Assembly: GCA_951406725.2 (NCBI GenBank)
Contig: OX597837.1
Span: forward strand, 7,750,001 to 7,814,000
Length of the DNA stretch: 64,000 nt
From: Octopus vulgaris
Lineage: Eukaryota
Reading direction: 5' to 3'
The notes beneath the pieces were generated by a model, which saw only the letters and a list, made by a program, of their open reading frames with translations, ran no database searches and was not told the DNA's origin. This document shows positions 63,646-64,000 of the stretch, one piece after another. Within the stretch, counting starts at the first letter, position 1; every line of letters starts with the position of its first letter. The translations under genes and the position numbers were made by a program.

Positions 63646-64000
63646 TCTATATATATAAAACTGTAGTTGTGTGAGTGTCTGTCCCCTTCGATTTAGATTC
63701 CTAACTACTCCCACATTTTGCGGTGCAGTTTAACCAAATTCGGGTATCTTATAGTTGTGATTAATATCGAGCCCGTCTGGCTATTAGCGCATGTCTATGA
63801 TGAGTCTACGATTTAAAAAATAATTTAACATAATTTTTTATTCCATTTTAATGCATAATTTTTCGTGTGTCGATGGCGGCGGAGTTGGCGTCCACGCTCA
63901 CACCTGTGTTTGCTTCTCCCCCTTCTTCCCTCCCTCGTGAAGCTGTGGGGAAGGGAGTTTAAGGAAATCAACGTCGTAATGCGTTGTCAAGGAGACCAGC
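63646..64000 (+). mobile_element. Probable Helitron 5' part (runs off the window)
   Basis: A|TCTATATATATAAAA followed by a GTGT/GTCT-rich segment, like the start of 7718-8103; the 3' end is not visible. Confidence 0.5.

Overview
Repeat-saturated, AT-rich animal genomic DNA (intronic or intergenic). The interspersed repeats, namely tRNA-derived SINEs with internal (TA)n/(CA)n tracts, RTE-type 3' tails ending in (GAT)n, and very dense microsatellites, look like those of an octopus. That species assignment is inferred from remembered repeat families, not from a search. Nearly all long ORFs in the track are translations of microsatellites. Supported features: at least four tRNA-headed SINE families, RTE LINE 3' remnants, two internally deleted mariners, a hAT MITE with an 8-bp TSD, TTAA/piggyBac-like MITEs, non-autonomous Helitrons, minisatellites and fold-back elements. 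The most interesting signals are (i) several families of short elements carrying minimal hammerhead-ribozyme motifs, mostly inserted in (TA)n, including a head-to-tail 168-nt dimer (51682-52043) and a tRNA-headed copy with an inverted duplication and TSD (16950-17377); and (ii) a non-repetitive 65-aa ORF (21216-21413) behind a good splice acceptor that has a BH3-like motif plus a C-terminal membrane anchor, making it a candidate BH3-only microprotein. No confidently identifiable host gene, rRNA, true tRNA or CRISPR array was seen. Many boundaries are approximate.
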